Shown piece by piece: positions 8,901-18,607 of a stretch of DNA of 32,000 nucleotides. The DNA comes from an uncultured archaeon (GTDB lineage Archaea > Iainarchaeota > Iainarchaeia > Iainarchaeales > DATDZZ01), in NCBI GenBank assembly GCA_964373795.1, contig CAYJVY010000007.1, positions 63,591 to 95,590 on the forward strand. Direction: 5' to 3'. The notes below the pieces were generated by a model. The model was not told the origin of the DNA. It made no database searches and saw only the letters and a list, made by a program, of their open reading frames with translations. Position numbers and translations under genes: made by a program. Each line of letters opens with the position of its first letter. The stretch's first letter is position 1.

Positions 8901-8962
8901 AAGTTTTATTGAATTAACTGTACTATTAAATTTTAATTAAAAATAATTAATAAATAAAAAAA

Positions 8963-10204
8963 GTGAAAAAGTTGGAAAAAATAGCAATTTTAGGAATTGG
9001 AAGAGTTGGCTTGCCCTTATCATTGATTATTGCGGAAACAGGTTTTACAGTTTATGGAATTGATGTAAGAGAAGATTATGTTAATTTAATTAAATCTAAG
9101 AAAATGCCTTTTGTTGAAGAAGAAGCACAAGAATTGCTTGAAAAACAGGTTGGGAAAAACTTTTTTCCCACAACTGAAATAAAACATTTATCTGAAGTTG
9201 ACATAATTATTTTAACTCTTGGAACTCCTGTAGATGAGCACTTAAATCCGGATTTCAAGCAAATTAATTCTGTTTTACATGACTTGAAAGACAAGCTTCG
9301 AAAAGGGCAATTAATTATTTTGCGTTCAACTGTTTCTCCTGGTACAACTGAATATATTAAGGAATTTATTGAAAAAAATACTTCTTTTCAAGTTGGAAAA
9401 GATTTATTTTTGGCTTTTTGTCCTGAAAGAATTGCTGAAGGAAAAGCAATTGTTGAAACAAAAGAAATTCCTCAAATAATTGGAGGTATTGATAAAAAAA
9501 GTTCTGAAATGGCGAAAAACTTTTTTTCAAAAATAACTAAGGAATGCATTTTAACTGATTCTCGAAGTGCAGAATTGGCAAAAATTTTTACAAACATGTA
9601 TCGTTACATTAATTTTTCAATTTCAAATGAATTCATGATTTTGGCTGAAGAACATGAAAGAAATATTTACGAAATTCTGCATTTAATTAATTACAATTAT
9701 AAGCGTGGAGGAGTAAAATCCCCTGGATATACTGCTGGGCCTTGCCTTTACAAGGATGGATTTTTTTTAGTTAACACAATGCCTTTCACTGAATTAATTT
9801 CCACTAGTTGGAAAATAAATGAAACTACTCCATTGTATCTTTTGAAAAAAGTTAAAGAAATGAAGGGAAGCTTGAAAGGAAAAAAAGTTGTAATTCTTGG
9901 AATGAGTTTTAAAGCAGATATTGATGATACTCGTAATTCTTTGAGTTTTAAAATTAAAAATGCATTAATTCAGGAAAACACTGCAACAGTATGCCATGAC
10001 CCATTAGTTAAGGAATTCAATTCTGATTTAAGCAATACATTAAAAGACGCAGATGTATTGTTCATTGGAATAAATCATTCTTTTTACAAAAAAAATCTCT
10101 CAATTGATTTTCTTAAAAAATTAGTGAAAAAGGATTGCATTGTTTGTGATATTTGGAATTTACTTGGCAAAACAAAAATTTGTTATTCTCTGAAAGAAGT
10201 TTAA
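8963..10204 (+). CDS. Nucleotide-sugar 6-dehydrogenase (UDP-glucose/GDP-mannose dehydrogenase family)
   Basis: IAILGIGRVGLPLSL NAD fold, FCPERIAEGKA, catalytic-Cys block GPCLYKD, GMSFKADIDDTRNS. GTG start. Confidence 0.85.
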   Translation: MKKLEKIAILGIGRVGLPLSLIIAETGFTVYGIDVREDYVNLIKSKKMPFVEEEAQELLEKQVGKNFFPTTEIKHLSEVDIIILTLGTPVDEHLNPDFKQINSVLHDLKDKLRKGQLIILRSTVSPGTTEYIKEFIEKNTSFQVGKDLFLAFCPERIAEGKAIVETKEIPQIIGGIDKKSSEMAKNFFSKITKECILTDSRSAELAKIFTNMYRYINFSISNEFMILAEEHERNIYEILHLINYNYKRGGVKSPGYTAGPCLYKDGFFLVNTMPFTELISTSWKINETTPLYLLKKVKEMKGSLKGKKVVILGMSFKADIDDTRNSLSFKIKNALIQENTATVCHDPLVKEFNSDLSNTLKDADVLFIGINHSFYKKNLSIDFLKKLVKKDCIVCDIWNLLGKTKICYSLKEV

Positions 10205-11146
10205 TTATTTTTTTTTGAATTCTTCTTTTAATGTTTGAATTGTTTTTTTCATTCCGGAATTAAAATCTGTTTTTGCAGTGAATCCTAGAGCTTGTTTTGA
10301 AAGTGAAGTGTTTGCAATAATTTTTTGAATTTCTGTTGCAACATTTTCTTTATGGTTTAAAGGAACATTTGTTTCAAGTAATTCATTTATTTTCATAACT
10401 AGTTCATTTAAAGTAGTGCTTTCGCCAGTTCCAATATTGAACGATTTTCCATCCATATTTTTTGGAGCCTTTGCTGCTTTAATGAATCCTTTAACTATGT
10501 CTGAAACAAATACAAAATCTCTTTCTTGAGTTCCATCTCCATTAATTGAAGGAGCTTTTCCTTGAAGTATTTGCTCAGCAAAAATTGATATTACTCTATT
10601 TTTCATTCTAGGCCCATAGGCATTGAAGATCCTTAAACAAATAGTTGGCAATCCTTTAACATCGTTAAAAAATTTTGCATAAAATTCACCCATAACTTTA
10701 GTGAATCCATAAGGGCTGTTTGGTTTGAATGGATCTGTTTCAGGAGTTGGATCATGTTCTGGTTCACCATAAATAATGCAAGTACTTGGAAACAAAAATC
10801 TTTCAACAGAGTTTTCATGACAAGCTTTTAAGACATTCAAAGTTCCCCCGATGTTAACCGAGTTATATGCTTCTGGAATTTTAATTGATTCTCCAACATA
10901 ACTTAATGCAGCCATGTGAAAAACAAACTTTGAATCCTTTACAGCGTTATTTATTTCATTAAAGTTTCTTATATCTCCTTTAAGTATTTTAACCTCGTTT
11001 TTTACTTTCTCGAGATTTTGCATGAAGCCTGTACTAAAATTATCGAAAACTGTTACTTCAAAATTTTCTTTAACTAGTCTTTCCACTAAATGGCTTCCAA
11101 TAAATCCTGCTCCACCTGTTACAACTACTTTTTCAGTCATAAGCAT
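10205..11146 (-). CDS. NAD-dependent nucleotide-sugar epimerase (GalE/WbpP-like extended SDR)
   Basis: VVVTGGAGFIGSHL, FDNFSTG, catalytic YGFTK, RIFNAYGPRM, GDGTQERDFVFV. Confidence 0.8.
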   Translation of the reverse strand: MLMTEKVVVTGGAGFIGSHLVERLVKENFEVTVFDNFSTGFMQNLEKVKNEVKILKGDIRNFNEINNAVKDSKFVFHMAALSYVGESIKIPEAYNSVNIGGTLNVLKACHENSVERFLFPSTCIIYGEPEHDPTPETDPFKPNSPYGFTKVMGEFYAKFFNDVKGLPTICLRIFNAYGPRMKNRVISIFAEQILQGKAPSINGDGTQERDFVFVSDIVKGFIKAAKAPKNMDGKSFNIGTGESTTLNELVMKINELLETNVPLNHKENVATEIQKIIANTSLSKQALGFTAKTDFNSGMKKTIQTLKEEFKKK

Positions 11147-11199
11147 TTTGAATTCAAATAGTATTTTAAAGTTTTTTAAGCACAGTCTTGGTTGTTGTT

Positions 11200-12459
11200 A
11201 TGAGCAAATTTTTTGAAGTAAAGGAATGCAGAATTTGTAATTCAACTAATTTGAAAAAATATTTGGATTTAGGTGAAATGCCTTTAGCAAATGCATTGGT
11301 TGATCTTTCAAGTAAAGAAAAAGACTTGTTTTTTCCATTGCAGTTATTGTTTTGCAAGAATTGCTTTTTGACTCAATTAAGTGTAGTTGTAAATCCTGAA
11401 ATATTGTTTTCAAATTATCCTTATCAAACATCTATTTCGAGTACTTTTCAAAAGCATTTTTTTGAAATGTCTAAAGAGGTTGCAAAACTTTTTCCCAAAA
11501 AAAATGAATGCCTTGTATTAGATATTGCAAGCAACGATGGCTGTTTATTAGAGCAATTCAAAAAAACTGGTTTCAAAGTTTTAGGAGTTGAACCCGCAAA
11601 AAATTTAGCCAAAATTGCTGAAGAAAAAGGAATTCCAACTATTCCCGAGTTTTGGAATGAGGGCGTAAGAGAAAAAATTATTTCAAATTATGGCAAGCCA
11701 CTGGTTGTAACTGCTACAAATGTTTTTGCACATGTTCACGATGTTAAATCTTTTGCTGAAAATGTTAAAGAGGTTTTAACAACTGATGGAGTTTTTATTC
11801 TTGAATTTCCTTATGCATTAAATTTGTTTGAGAAAACAGAGTTTGATACAATTTATCATGAACATTTATCTTATTTTTTAGTTCATCCTTTAATTACTTT
11901 GTTTAATGGCCTTGAAATGCAGGTATTTAATATTCAAGAAATTCCAATTCACGGAGGAAGTATTAGAGTTTTTGTTAAAAAATCTGAAAATAAAAAAATT
12001 AAAGTGAATGAAAAAGTAATTAACGAGTTTTTGGAAAGAGAAAAAAAGCATGGCCTGAATGAATTTAAATCATATGCTTCTTTTGCAGTAAAAGTTGGAA
12101 AAGTAAAAAAAGCTTTCACTAATTTGTTGAATAAATTAAAAGGTGAAAAAAAATTTGTTGCAGGTTTTGCAGCTGCAGCCAAAGCAAGTACTTTAATGCA
12201 TTATTGTAAAGTTGGAAAAGAGCATATTAGGTTTATTATTGATGACGCTCCATTTAAACAAAACAAGGCTTTTTCAGGAAATCGAGTTCCAATTTATTCA
12301 AGGGCAAGGCTTGCTGATAACCCGGATTATTTGATCCTGTTTGCTTGGACTATTGCTGGAGAATTGATTAAAAAAACTAGAGAGCGAGGATTTAAAGGCA
12401 AATTTATTATTCCAATTCCTTTTCCAAGAATTATTTTGAGTGAATCTGAATTGCTTTGA
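11200..12459 (+). CDS. Second NDP-hexose C-methyltransferase (TylCIII-like paralog)
   Basis: CRICNS...FCKNCFLTQ zinc ribbon, LDIASNDGCLL, ATNVFAHV, EHLSYF, GKFIIPIPFP. I prefer ATG 11200 over the track's TTG 11188. Roughly one third identical to 6587-7801 by eye. Confidence 0.8.
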   Translation: MSKFFEVKECRICNSTNLKKYLDLGEMPLANALVDLSSKEKDLFFPLQLLFCKNCFLTQLSVVVNPEILFSNYPYQTSISSTFQKHFFEMSKEVAKLFPKKNECLVLDIASNDGCLLEQFKKTGFKVLGVEPAKNLAKIAEEKGIPTIPEFWNEGVREKIISNYGKPLVVTATNVFAHVHDVKSFAENVKEVLTTDGVFILEFPYALNLFEKTEFDTIYHEHLSYFLVHPLITLFNGLEMQVFNIQEIPIHGGSIRVFVKKSENKKIKVNEKVINEFLEREKKHGLNEFKSYASFAVKVGKVKKAFTNLLNKLKGEKKFVAGFAAAAKASTLMHYCKVGKEHIRFIIDDAPFKQNKAFSGNRVPIYSRARLADNPDYLILFAWTIAGELIKKTRERGFKGKFIIPIPFPRIILSESELL

Positions 12460-12473
12460 TCAATGGTTACTAT

Positions 12474-13934
12474 CTAGGTTTTTTGAAGTGTCTCATTCCC
12501 ACTAAGTTTAATTAAGACATATTCCTTTATTTTTTTTATATAATGCAAAATTATTTTAGGGTCTTTAAATACTATTTTTAATTTATGTCTTATTAATTTG
12601 GGTGTTGCAGAAAAAGTTATTTCCACTGGAAGTTTAGTATTATATTGTTCAACTTCTTTTCTAGTAAAATTGGTTCCAACAAGTCCTGTTTTTTCCAAAG
12701 CTTCTTCATAAGAATCTCCTTTTAGAGTGCCTTCTTTTATTCCTTCTTCCCAAAGAGCGGTTCCAGGAATGGGTGTTGCAGAAGCCATACTAATTGACAC
12801 GGGTTTTACTTTTTTGAAAAAATTCAATGTTTTTTGTAGTGTTTGAGTTGTTTCACCAGGTAAAAGGCTTATGGAAAATAAATGTAGTATAATGTCATAC
12901 TTTTTTCCTAAAGCAATTGCTTTTTCAACACTTTCTAATTTTCCATGTTTATTAGCTCTATCAAGAATTTCTTGTGCTGCAGATTCAAAACCCACTCCAA
13001 TCCACATGCATCTCGATCTTTTTAATGCATCCATTATTTCATCGTTCAGGAACTCACTTCTAGTTTGAATTATGTAAGTTAAGTTTGGAAATTTTTTCTC
13101 AAGATAGTCACAAATTTTTAAAGTTCTTGTTTTATTTAGTGTAAAAATTTCATCTGAAAATGCAAAACTTTTCAAACCTTTTTTACTAAGATATTCAATT
13201 TCTTTAAAAACATCTTCAAGATTTCTTTCCCTATATTTTTTGTTTAATATTTTTGAAGAACAATAATTGCAACTATAAACGCATCCTCTTGTAGAAACTA
13301 TTTGAAAAAGATCTCCTGAATTTGTTGAAAAATATTTTTCCACAGGAAGAATTGAATAATCGGCTGCCATAATTTGTTGCATGTCTGGAAGTTCTTGTGA
13401 GGGGTTTCTGACAAATTCATTCCCTCTAAAAAACGAAATTCCCTTTACTTCTTTCAAGTCATTAAAATTTTTTACTATATTAAGAAAAACGATTTCTGGT
13501 TCTCCTTGTATTGCAATGTCTGCGCCAGTTTCTCTTAAAGTTTTCTCAGGAAAAATAGTTCCATGAGGACCTGAAACAACAAATTTTGTCTTAACTCCAT
13601 TTTCTTTGAGTGTGCTTAAAATCTCCTTAACATGATTTGTAAATGGAATATTACATCTTGCAGAAATCCATACTTCAGTAGGAATTAAAATTATGTCCGG
13701 ATTGAAGTCTTTGACCATTTCTATTATTTCAATATTTGAAAGTTTTTGAATAGTTGGATCTAAAGCCAATATATCATTAAATCCAGACTTCTTCAATAAA
13801 GCACTAATATGGAAAAACTCATTTGGACATTTAGGAGCTGTATTTATTATCATTGCAGTATTCCTTGAAAGCGCTATCTGTGATTTTGAAAATGAGCTTA
13901 AAGCAACTCGTGGGTTTAATAAAAGAATTTTCAT
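12474..13934 (-). CDS. B12-binding-domain radical SAM enzyme (class B)
   Basis: Starts MKILLLNP, typical of class B enzymes, followed by a flavodoxin-like segment (DIILIPT, VVSGPHGT). CxxxCxxC cluster motif in STRGCVYSCNYCSS. I prefer the internal Met (13934) to the track start at 14129. Confidence 0.75.
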   Translation of the reverse strand: MKILLLNPRVALSSFSKSQIALSRNTAMIINTAPKCPNEFFHISALLKKSGFNDILALDPTIQKLSNIEIIEMVKDFNPDIILIPTEVWISARCNIPFTNHVKEILSTLKENGVKTKFVVSGPHGTIFPEKTLRETGADIAIQGEPEIVFLNIVKNFNDLKEVKGISFFRGNEFVRNPSQELPDMQQIMAADYSILPVEKYFSTNSGDLFQIVSTRGCVYSCNYCSSKILNKKYRERNLEDVFKEIEYLSKKGLKSFAFSDEIFTLNKTRTLKICDYLEKKFPNLTYIIQTRSEFLNDEIMDALKRSRCMWIGVGFESAAQEILDRANKHGKLESVEKAIALGKKYDIILHLFSISLLPGETTQTLQKTLNFFKKVKPVSISMASATPIPGTALWEEGIKEGTLKGDSYEEALEKTGLVGTNFTRKEVEQYNTKLPVEITFSATPKLIRHKLKIVFKDPKIILHYIKKIKEYVLIKLSGNETLQKT

Positions 13935-14288
13935 TAAAAAACTCCAAATGATATTTGACTTTGATTTAAATTTGTTGTATGAAAATATACTTCTTATTAA
14001 ATAATTTGAATTATATTTATTGTATCTTAAAAAGTATTTAAACCTTTCTTTAGGTTGATGCTTTGTTTTATCCCAACTTAGGTTCCCTATATTTTTAACT
14101 ATTACGTGGCCATCAAAACAAGAGTTCATAATTCATAAACAAGCGGCAAACTAGAACGCTGGTTTGGGACTGCAAAAAAACTCAAAAAACATTTTGGCAG
14201 AGGGAACATTAATTCAGAACAATACAAGAGCAGTGTTGAACCAAAACACTTAAAAACATTAAAAAAATACATATTTAAGAAAAACTTT

Positions 14289-15185
14289 TTGATTTTCATG
14301 GCGGAACGCGGAAAACTAGTTTCAATTATTTTAATTAATTGGAATAACTATGACATGACTAAAAACTGCATTAAATCGATTAAGCAAAACACTGATTATT
14401 CTAATTATGAAATTTATTTGATTGATAATGGTTCAACTGATGGAAGTTTTGAAAAATTGAAAAAAGAATTCAAGGATTTGAAGACAATTGTGAATTCTCG
14501 TAATAAGGGATTTGCTTATGCCTTAAATCAAGGCTATAAAACTGCTAAAGGATTTTATTTATCCCATATCAATAACGATGCAATTGTTTTAAATGGATGG
14601 CTTTCAGCTGCAATTAAAGTGCTTGAATCAAATTCAAAAATTGCTATTGCAGGCTTTAGAGAAGTATCTTTAGAACAATCAAAGAATGCTGAAGAATTGA
14701 AAAAAATTCGGGAAGAGCCAGACATTGAAAAAATGACTTTGCCTGTTGGATGGGTTACTAAAAAGAAAATGATTCAAAAAATTGGTTACTTGGATGCTGA
14801 GTTTTTTTCTCCAATTTATGGAGAAGAAGCTGACTGGAATTTTAGGGCGAGAAACATGGGTTATAAAATTGTTCGCGTAAGTAAAGCAAACGTAGTGCAT
14901 TTTAGTTCAGTTGATACTAAAAAACATTTAGGTTACTCTAAATACCTTGTTTTAATTAATTATCACAGATTAAGAGCAATGTTATTTAATTTGTCTTTAC
15001 TTGATTTGCTTAGATTTGTTCCGGGACTTGGATTAATTTTATTTAATTCTGTTTGGCAGGGAACACTTATTCCATTGCTTAAATCTTATTGGCTAAATTT
15101 AATGGATTGGAAATTAATTTTAAAGCAAAGAAAATTTAAAAGAAGGTTTATTCCTTTTAAGGACGAAAAGTTTACAGTAATTTAA
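14289..15185 (+). CDS. GT2 glycosyltransferase (rhamnosyltransferase/WbbL-like soluble type)
   Basis: VSIILINWNNYDMTKNCIKSI, YLIDNGSTDGS, NKGFAYALNQG, EEADWNFR. The start is TTG 14289 or ATG 14298. Confidence 0.85.
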   Translation: MIFMAERGKLVSIILINWNNYDMTKNCIKSIKQNTDYSNYEIYLIDNGSTDGSFEKLKKEFKDLKTIVNSRNKGFAYALNQGYKTAKGFYLSHINNDAIVLNGWLSAAIKVLESNSKIAIAGFREVSLEQSKNAEELKKIREEPDIEKMTLPVGWVTKKKMIQKIGYLDAEFFSPIYGEEADWNFRARNMGYKIVRVSKANVVHFSSVDTKKHLGYSKYLVLINYHRLRAMLFNLSLLDLLRFVPGLGLILFNSVWQGTLIPLLKSYWLNLMDWKLILKQRKFKRRFIPFKDEKFTVI

Positions 15186-15224
15186 TATACTTATGGATGA
15201 ATAAATTATTTACGAGGATAGGAA

Positions 15225-16286
15225 ATGTTTCAATCAAAACAAGCCTTAATAGCAAAAACCCTTGAGAGAGGGGGTTTGGCTGGATTAACTAATTTAGCTT
15301 TAAGGTATTATGAAAGAAATAATCAACCAGACAAACCTCATTTTGTTCCAACTGCTTTGCAAATAGAAGTTACAACTGCTTGTAACTTGAAGTGCACAAT
15401 GTGTGAGCATACTTACATGCAGGAAGTTGGAGGACACTTTGGTTTTAAGGAGTTCAAAAAATTATTGGATGACAATCCCACAATTCAAGTAATTAATTTA
15501 ACTGGAATTGGAGAAGCTTTAATGAATCCAGAATTTTTGGAAATGGTTGAATATGCTAAAAAGAAAGGAATTTATGTATGGTTTTCAGATAATTTTACTT
15601 TAATGATTGAAAAAAACATTCAAAAAATTATAGATGTAGGGGTTGACTTTGTAGTTATTTCTTTGGATGGAACAACAAAAGAAGTGTTTGAAAAAATAAG
15701 GGTTGCAGCGAACTTTGAAAAAGTAATAGGGAATTTAAAAAATTTAATTAAAATGAGAAATGAGAGAGGATTAAAAACTCCTTTAATTGGAATTAACATG
15801 GTTGTAATGAATGAAAACTATCACCAAATTGCTGACATGGTTAAACTTGCAAATGAACTTGGAGTAGATAAATTAATGTTTATAACAATTGTTTTATCTG
15901 ATACAACTGGAAATTTATCTTTGTGGAGTGTGCCCAAAGACAAACTTCAAGCAGAAGTTGAAAAAGCAAAAAAAGCTGCTGAAGGAACAAGTATACAAGT
16001 AATTAGTTGGCCAAATGTTTCACCTGAAAGAAAAAAAGAAACAGGTTGCGACTATCCTTGGAGTAATCCCTACATTACATATAATGGAGATGTAGTTCCT
16101 TGTTGTTTTATTCCACAACAAACAGGTGCTCGTACAAATTCAGAAAATCTTATGGGAAACATTTTGAAAGAAGACTTGAAAAAAATTTGGGTAAACGAAA
16201 AATACGAAGAATTTAGAAAAAAAATTAAATCTAAAGATCCTCCAACTTCTTGTAAGTCTTGCCCGAAATTTTATGGACAAATTTAA
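15225..16286 (+). CDS. Radical SAM enzyme with a C-terminal SPASM/twitch-like Cys-rich domain
   Basis: CxxxCxxC in EVTTACNLKCTMCEH, then GIGEALMNPEF and VISLDG. C-terminal auxiliary-cluster-type cysteines: GCDYPW..GDVVPCCF....SCKSCP. Confidence 0.8.
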   Translation: MFQSKQALIAKTLERGGLAGLTNLALRYYERNNQPDKPHFVPTALQIEVTTACNLKCTMCEHTYMQEVGGHFGFKEFKKLLDDNPTIQVINLTGIGEALMNPEFLEMVEYAKKKGIYVWFSDNFTLMIEKNIQKIIDVGVDFVVISLDGTTKEVFEKIRVAANFEKVIGNLKNLIKMRNERGLKTPLIGINMVVMNENYHQIADMVKLANELGVDKLMFITIVLSDTTGNLSLWSVPKDKLQAEVEKAKKAAEGTSIQVISWPNVSPERKKETGCDYPWSNPYITYNGDVVPCCFIPQQTGARTNSENLMGNILKEDLKKIWVNEKYEEFRKKIKSKDPPTSCKSCPKFYGQI

Positions 16287-16301
16287 TTTCACGCGATCTA
16301 C

Positions 16302-17417
16302 ATGAAAATTTTATATATTACTTCTGTTTTAGGAAATATTGGTGGAAGCGAGATTTATACTAGAGATTTAATTAAGGAGCTTGCAAAAAGAGGCCATGAA
16401 ATTTTTGTTGTAACAAATGCTGTTTTTCAATTTCCCGAAAAAAATGTTTCAGTTTTTAAGATTCCAATTTTTGGACATCATGCTTTTCACAAATTTCAAA
16501 TGCCTTTATCATATTTTAAAATTTTGGAAAAAGTGAAAGAGTTTCAGCCTGACATAATTCAATGTCATAGTAATTCTTTAATGGGTTTGATTGGGCATAT
16601 TCTTAAAAAAAAATTTCAAATCCCAATGTTTTTATTAATTGAATCAGTTAGCGATAAGAACGCCAACATTCACACTGAATTAATTTTTCGAGTTGAAAAA
16701 TTTTTAATGCCAAAACTTAATTACAATAAATTAATTGTGTGGACTGAAAACATTAAAAATAAGTTTTGCATTCCTTGGGGAATTTCTGAAAAAAAGATTA
16801 AAGTAATTCCCGCAGCACTAAATTTAAATGAGTATCCCTTAAATGCAGATAAAAAAGCACTTCAAAAAAAACACGGAAAGCATTTAATTATTTCAATTAA
16901 ATCTTTATGGGGAACTAATACTGAAGGATTGAAAACCATTGTTGAAGCCATGAAATTTGTTCATGAAAAACATCCTGAATATAAATATTTAATTTTTGGG
17001 TGGGGGCCAGGAAGAAAAGATTTAGAAGAACTAGCTGAAAAACTTGGCTTGCGAGATTGTGTACAATTAATGGGTGCATTTGAAAAAAATGAAAAAAATA
17101 GTATTTTTTCAGCTGCAGAAATAACTCCTCATTCACTTGTTTATGAAGTTGCAACCTCAATTTCTTTGCTTGAATGCATGGCTTTTGGAAAAGCTTGTGT
17201 AGTAACAGATATTGGTGCAATTAAAGATGTAGTAAAAGATACAGCTATTTTAGTAAAGCAAAACAATCCCAAATCAATGAGTGAAGGAATAATTAAATTA
17301 ATTGAAAATACTGCATTAAGAAAAAAACTTGAAAAGAAGGCAAGAAAATTAGTTGAAAAAAAATATTCTATTCAAAGCACGGTAAATGAATTAGAAAAAC
17401 TGTACTATGATGTTTGA
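16302..17417 (+). CDS. GT4 glycosyltransferase
   Basis: MKILYITSVLGNIGGSE start with a GT-B fold pattern. The C-terminal half has the Glycos_transf_1 pattern (LIFGWGPG..., SLLECMAFGKACVVTDIG). Confidence 0.8.
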   Translation: MKILYITSVLGNIGGSEIYTRDLIKELAKRGHEIFVVTNAVFQFPEKNVSVFKIPIFGHHAFHKFQMPLSYFKILEKVKEFQPDIIQCHSNSLMGLIGHILKKKFQIPMFLLIESVSDKNANIHTELIFRVEKFLMPKLNYNKLIVWTENIKNKFCIPWGISEKKIKVIPAALNLNEYPLNADKKALQKKHGKHLIISIKSLWGTNTEGLKTIVEAMKFVHEKHPEYKYLIFGWGPGRKDLEELAEKLGLRDCVQLMGAFEKNEKNSIFSAAEITPHSLVYEVATSISLLECMAFGKACVVTDIGAIKDVVKDTAILVKQNNPKSMSEGIIKLIENTALRKKLEKKARKLVEKKYSIQSTVNELEKLYYDV

Positions 17418-18556
17418 GTATAAATTATATTATATTTGGGGATAATGTGCATTTTTGTATTTTGGCGGAATATTCAGCAGCTAAATATTTAGAGGGAACT
17501 AATAGAATAGTTTTTGAAGTTTCAAAAACATTAGTAGAAAAAGGACACAAAGTAACTGTATTGTCACCTGCATGGAATAAAAAGTCAAACCCTTTGGATA
17601 TTGATCCGTGGAAGAAAGAAGGAATTATTGTTAAGCCTTTTGAAGGTTTTTTCTTACACAATCCTTTTTTTCGGATTTTTTTTTATATTTTAGCTGGATT
17701 AAAGTCAAGTCCTACTAATTTTGATGTTTTTTTTGGAGTTTATACAGCGCCGCCTGCAATTGCCGCAATTGTTTTAGGAAGTTTATTTAGAAAGAAAAAA
17801 TTTGTTGGTTTGTGGGAACCAAATACTATTGAAAAACTTAAAAACAATCCTTTTTTTAGGTTTTTTATTAAAAAAGCAGACAGAATTCAGACGTTAAGTG
17901 ATTATGTAAAAAATTTAATTTCTAAATCTTTTTCATATCCAAGCAAAAAGATTTATTCAATTAAAGGATTTGTTGATACTGAAAAATTTTATCCAGAGGC
18001 AATGGATAGAAATTTAGTTAAAAAATTTGATTTGAAAAACAAATTTGTTATCTTAAGTGTTGGGAGAGTCTCAAAATTAAAAGGGAGCGATACTTTGATT
18101 AAAGCAGTAGCCAAAATAAACGATCATTCCATTAAATTATTTTTTGTAGGAAGACCAACTCCAGATTTTGATTCAAAGAAATTAGTTAAAGAGTTAGGCA
18201 TTGAAAAAAATGTCGTTTTTATTGGTTTTAAAAAACATGATTTTTTGCCTCCTTATTATAATTTATGTAATTTGTTTTCTTTACCATCTTTAAGTGAAGG
18301 GTTTGGATTAGTTGTTGCAGAAGCGCTAGCTTGTGCTAAACCTGTAATTGTCAGTGACCATGGACCTTTGCCAGAGGTTGTATCAAATGCAGGATTTGTT
18401 GTGCCAGTTAATGATGTTGATAAATTAGCTCAGGCAATACTTAAAATTAAAAATAATTCAAATATTTTGAATTTGCAAAAAAAAGCATTAATAAGGTCAA
18501 AAGCTTTTACTCTAGAAAATGCAATGAATAGATATTTAAACTTTTTAACAAAATAA
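17414..18556 (+). CDS. GT4 glycosyltransferase
   Basis: LSVGRVSKLKG, PSLSEGFGLVVAEALACAKPVIVSD (EX7E-type block). TTG start overlaps the upstream TGA (TTGA), suggesting translational coupling. An in-frame GTG at 17447 is an alternative start. Confidence 0.8.
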   Translation: MSINYIIFGDNVHFCILAEYSAAKYLEGTNRIVFEVSKTLVEKGHKVTVLSPAWNKKSNPLDIDPWKKEGIIVKPFEGFFLHNPFFRIFFYILAGLKSSPTNFDVFFGVYTAPPAIAAIVLGSLFRKKKFVGLWEPNTIEKLKNNPFFRFFIKKADRIQTLSDYVKNLISKSFSYPSKKIYSIKGFVDTEKFYPEAMDRNLVKKFDLKNKFVILSVGRVSKLKGSDTLIKAVAKINDHSIKLFFVGRPTPDFDSKKLVKELGIEKNVVFIGFKKHDFLPPYYNLCNLFSLPSLSEGFGLVVAEALACAKPVIVSDHGPLPEVVSNAGFVVPVNDVDKLAQAILKIKNNSNILNLQKKALIRSKAFTLENAMNRYLNFLTK

Positions 18557-18607
18557 TTTCTAATAACTCAAATTAATTTATATTAATATTTAATTTTGGT
18601 GATAAAA

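Noticed and set aside
13935-14129. 65-codon N-terminal extension of the B12 radical SAM ORF (track start 14129)
   Set aside because: The extension is Lys/Asn/Ser-rich low-complexity sequence with no domain-like pattern. MKILLLNP at 13934 is the typical class B start. The stretch is more likely promoter DNA for the divergent pair.
15186-16301. RiPP precursor peptide next to the SPASM radical SAM
   Set aside because: The gaps on both sides (15186-15224, 16287-16301) are too short for a peptide gene. The neighbours are glycosyltransferases in the same operon. No Cys- or Gly-rich small ORF was seen nearby.
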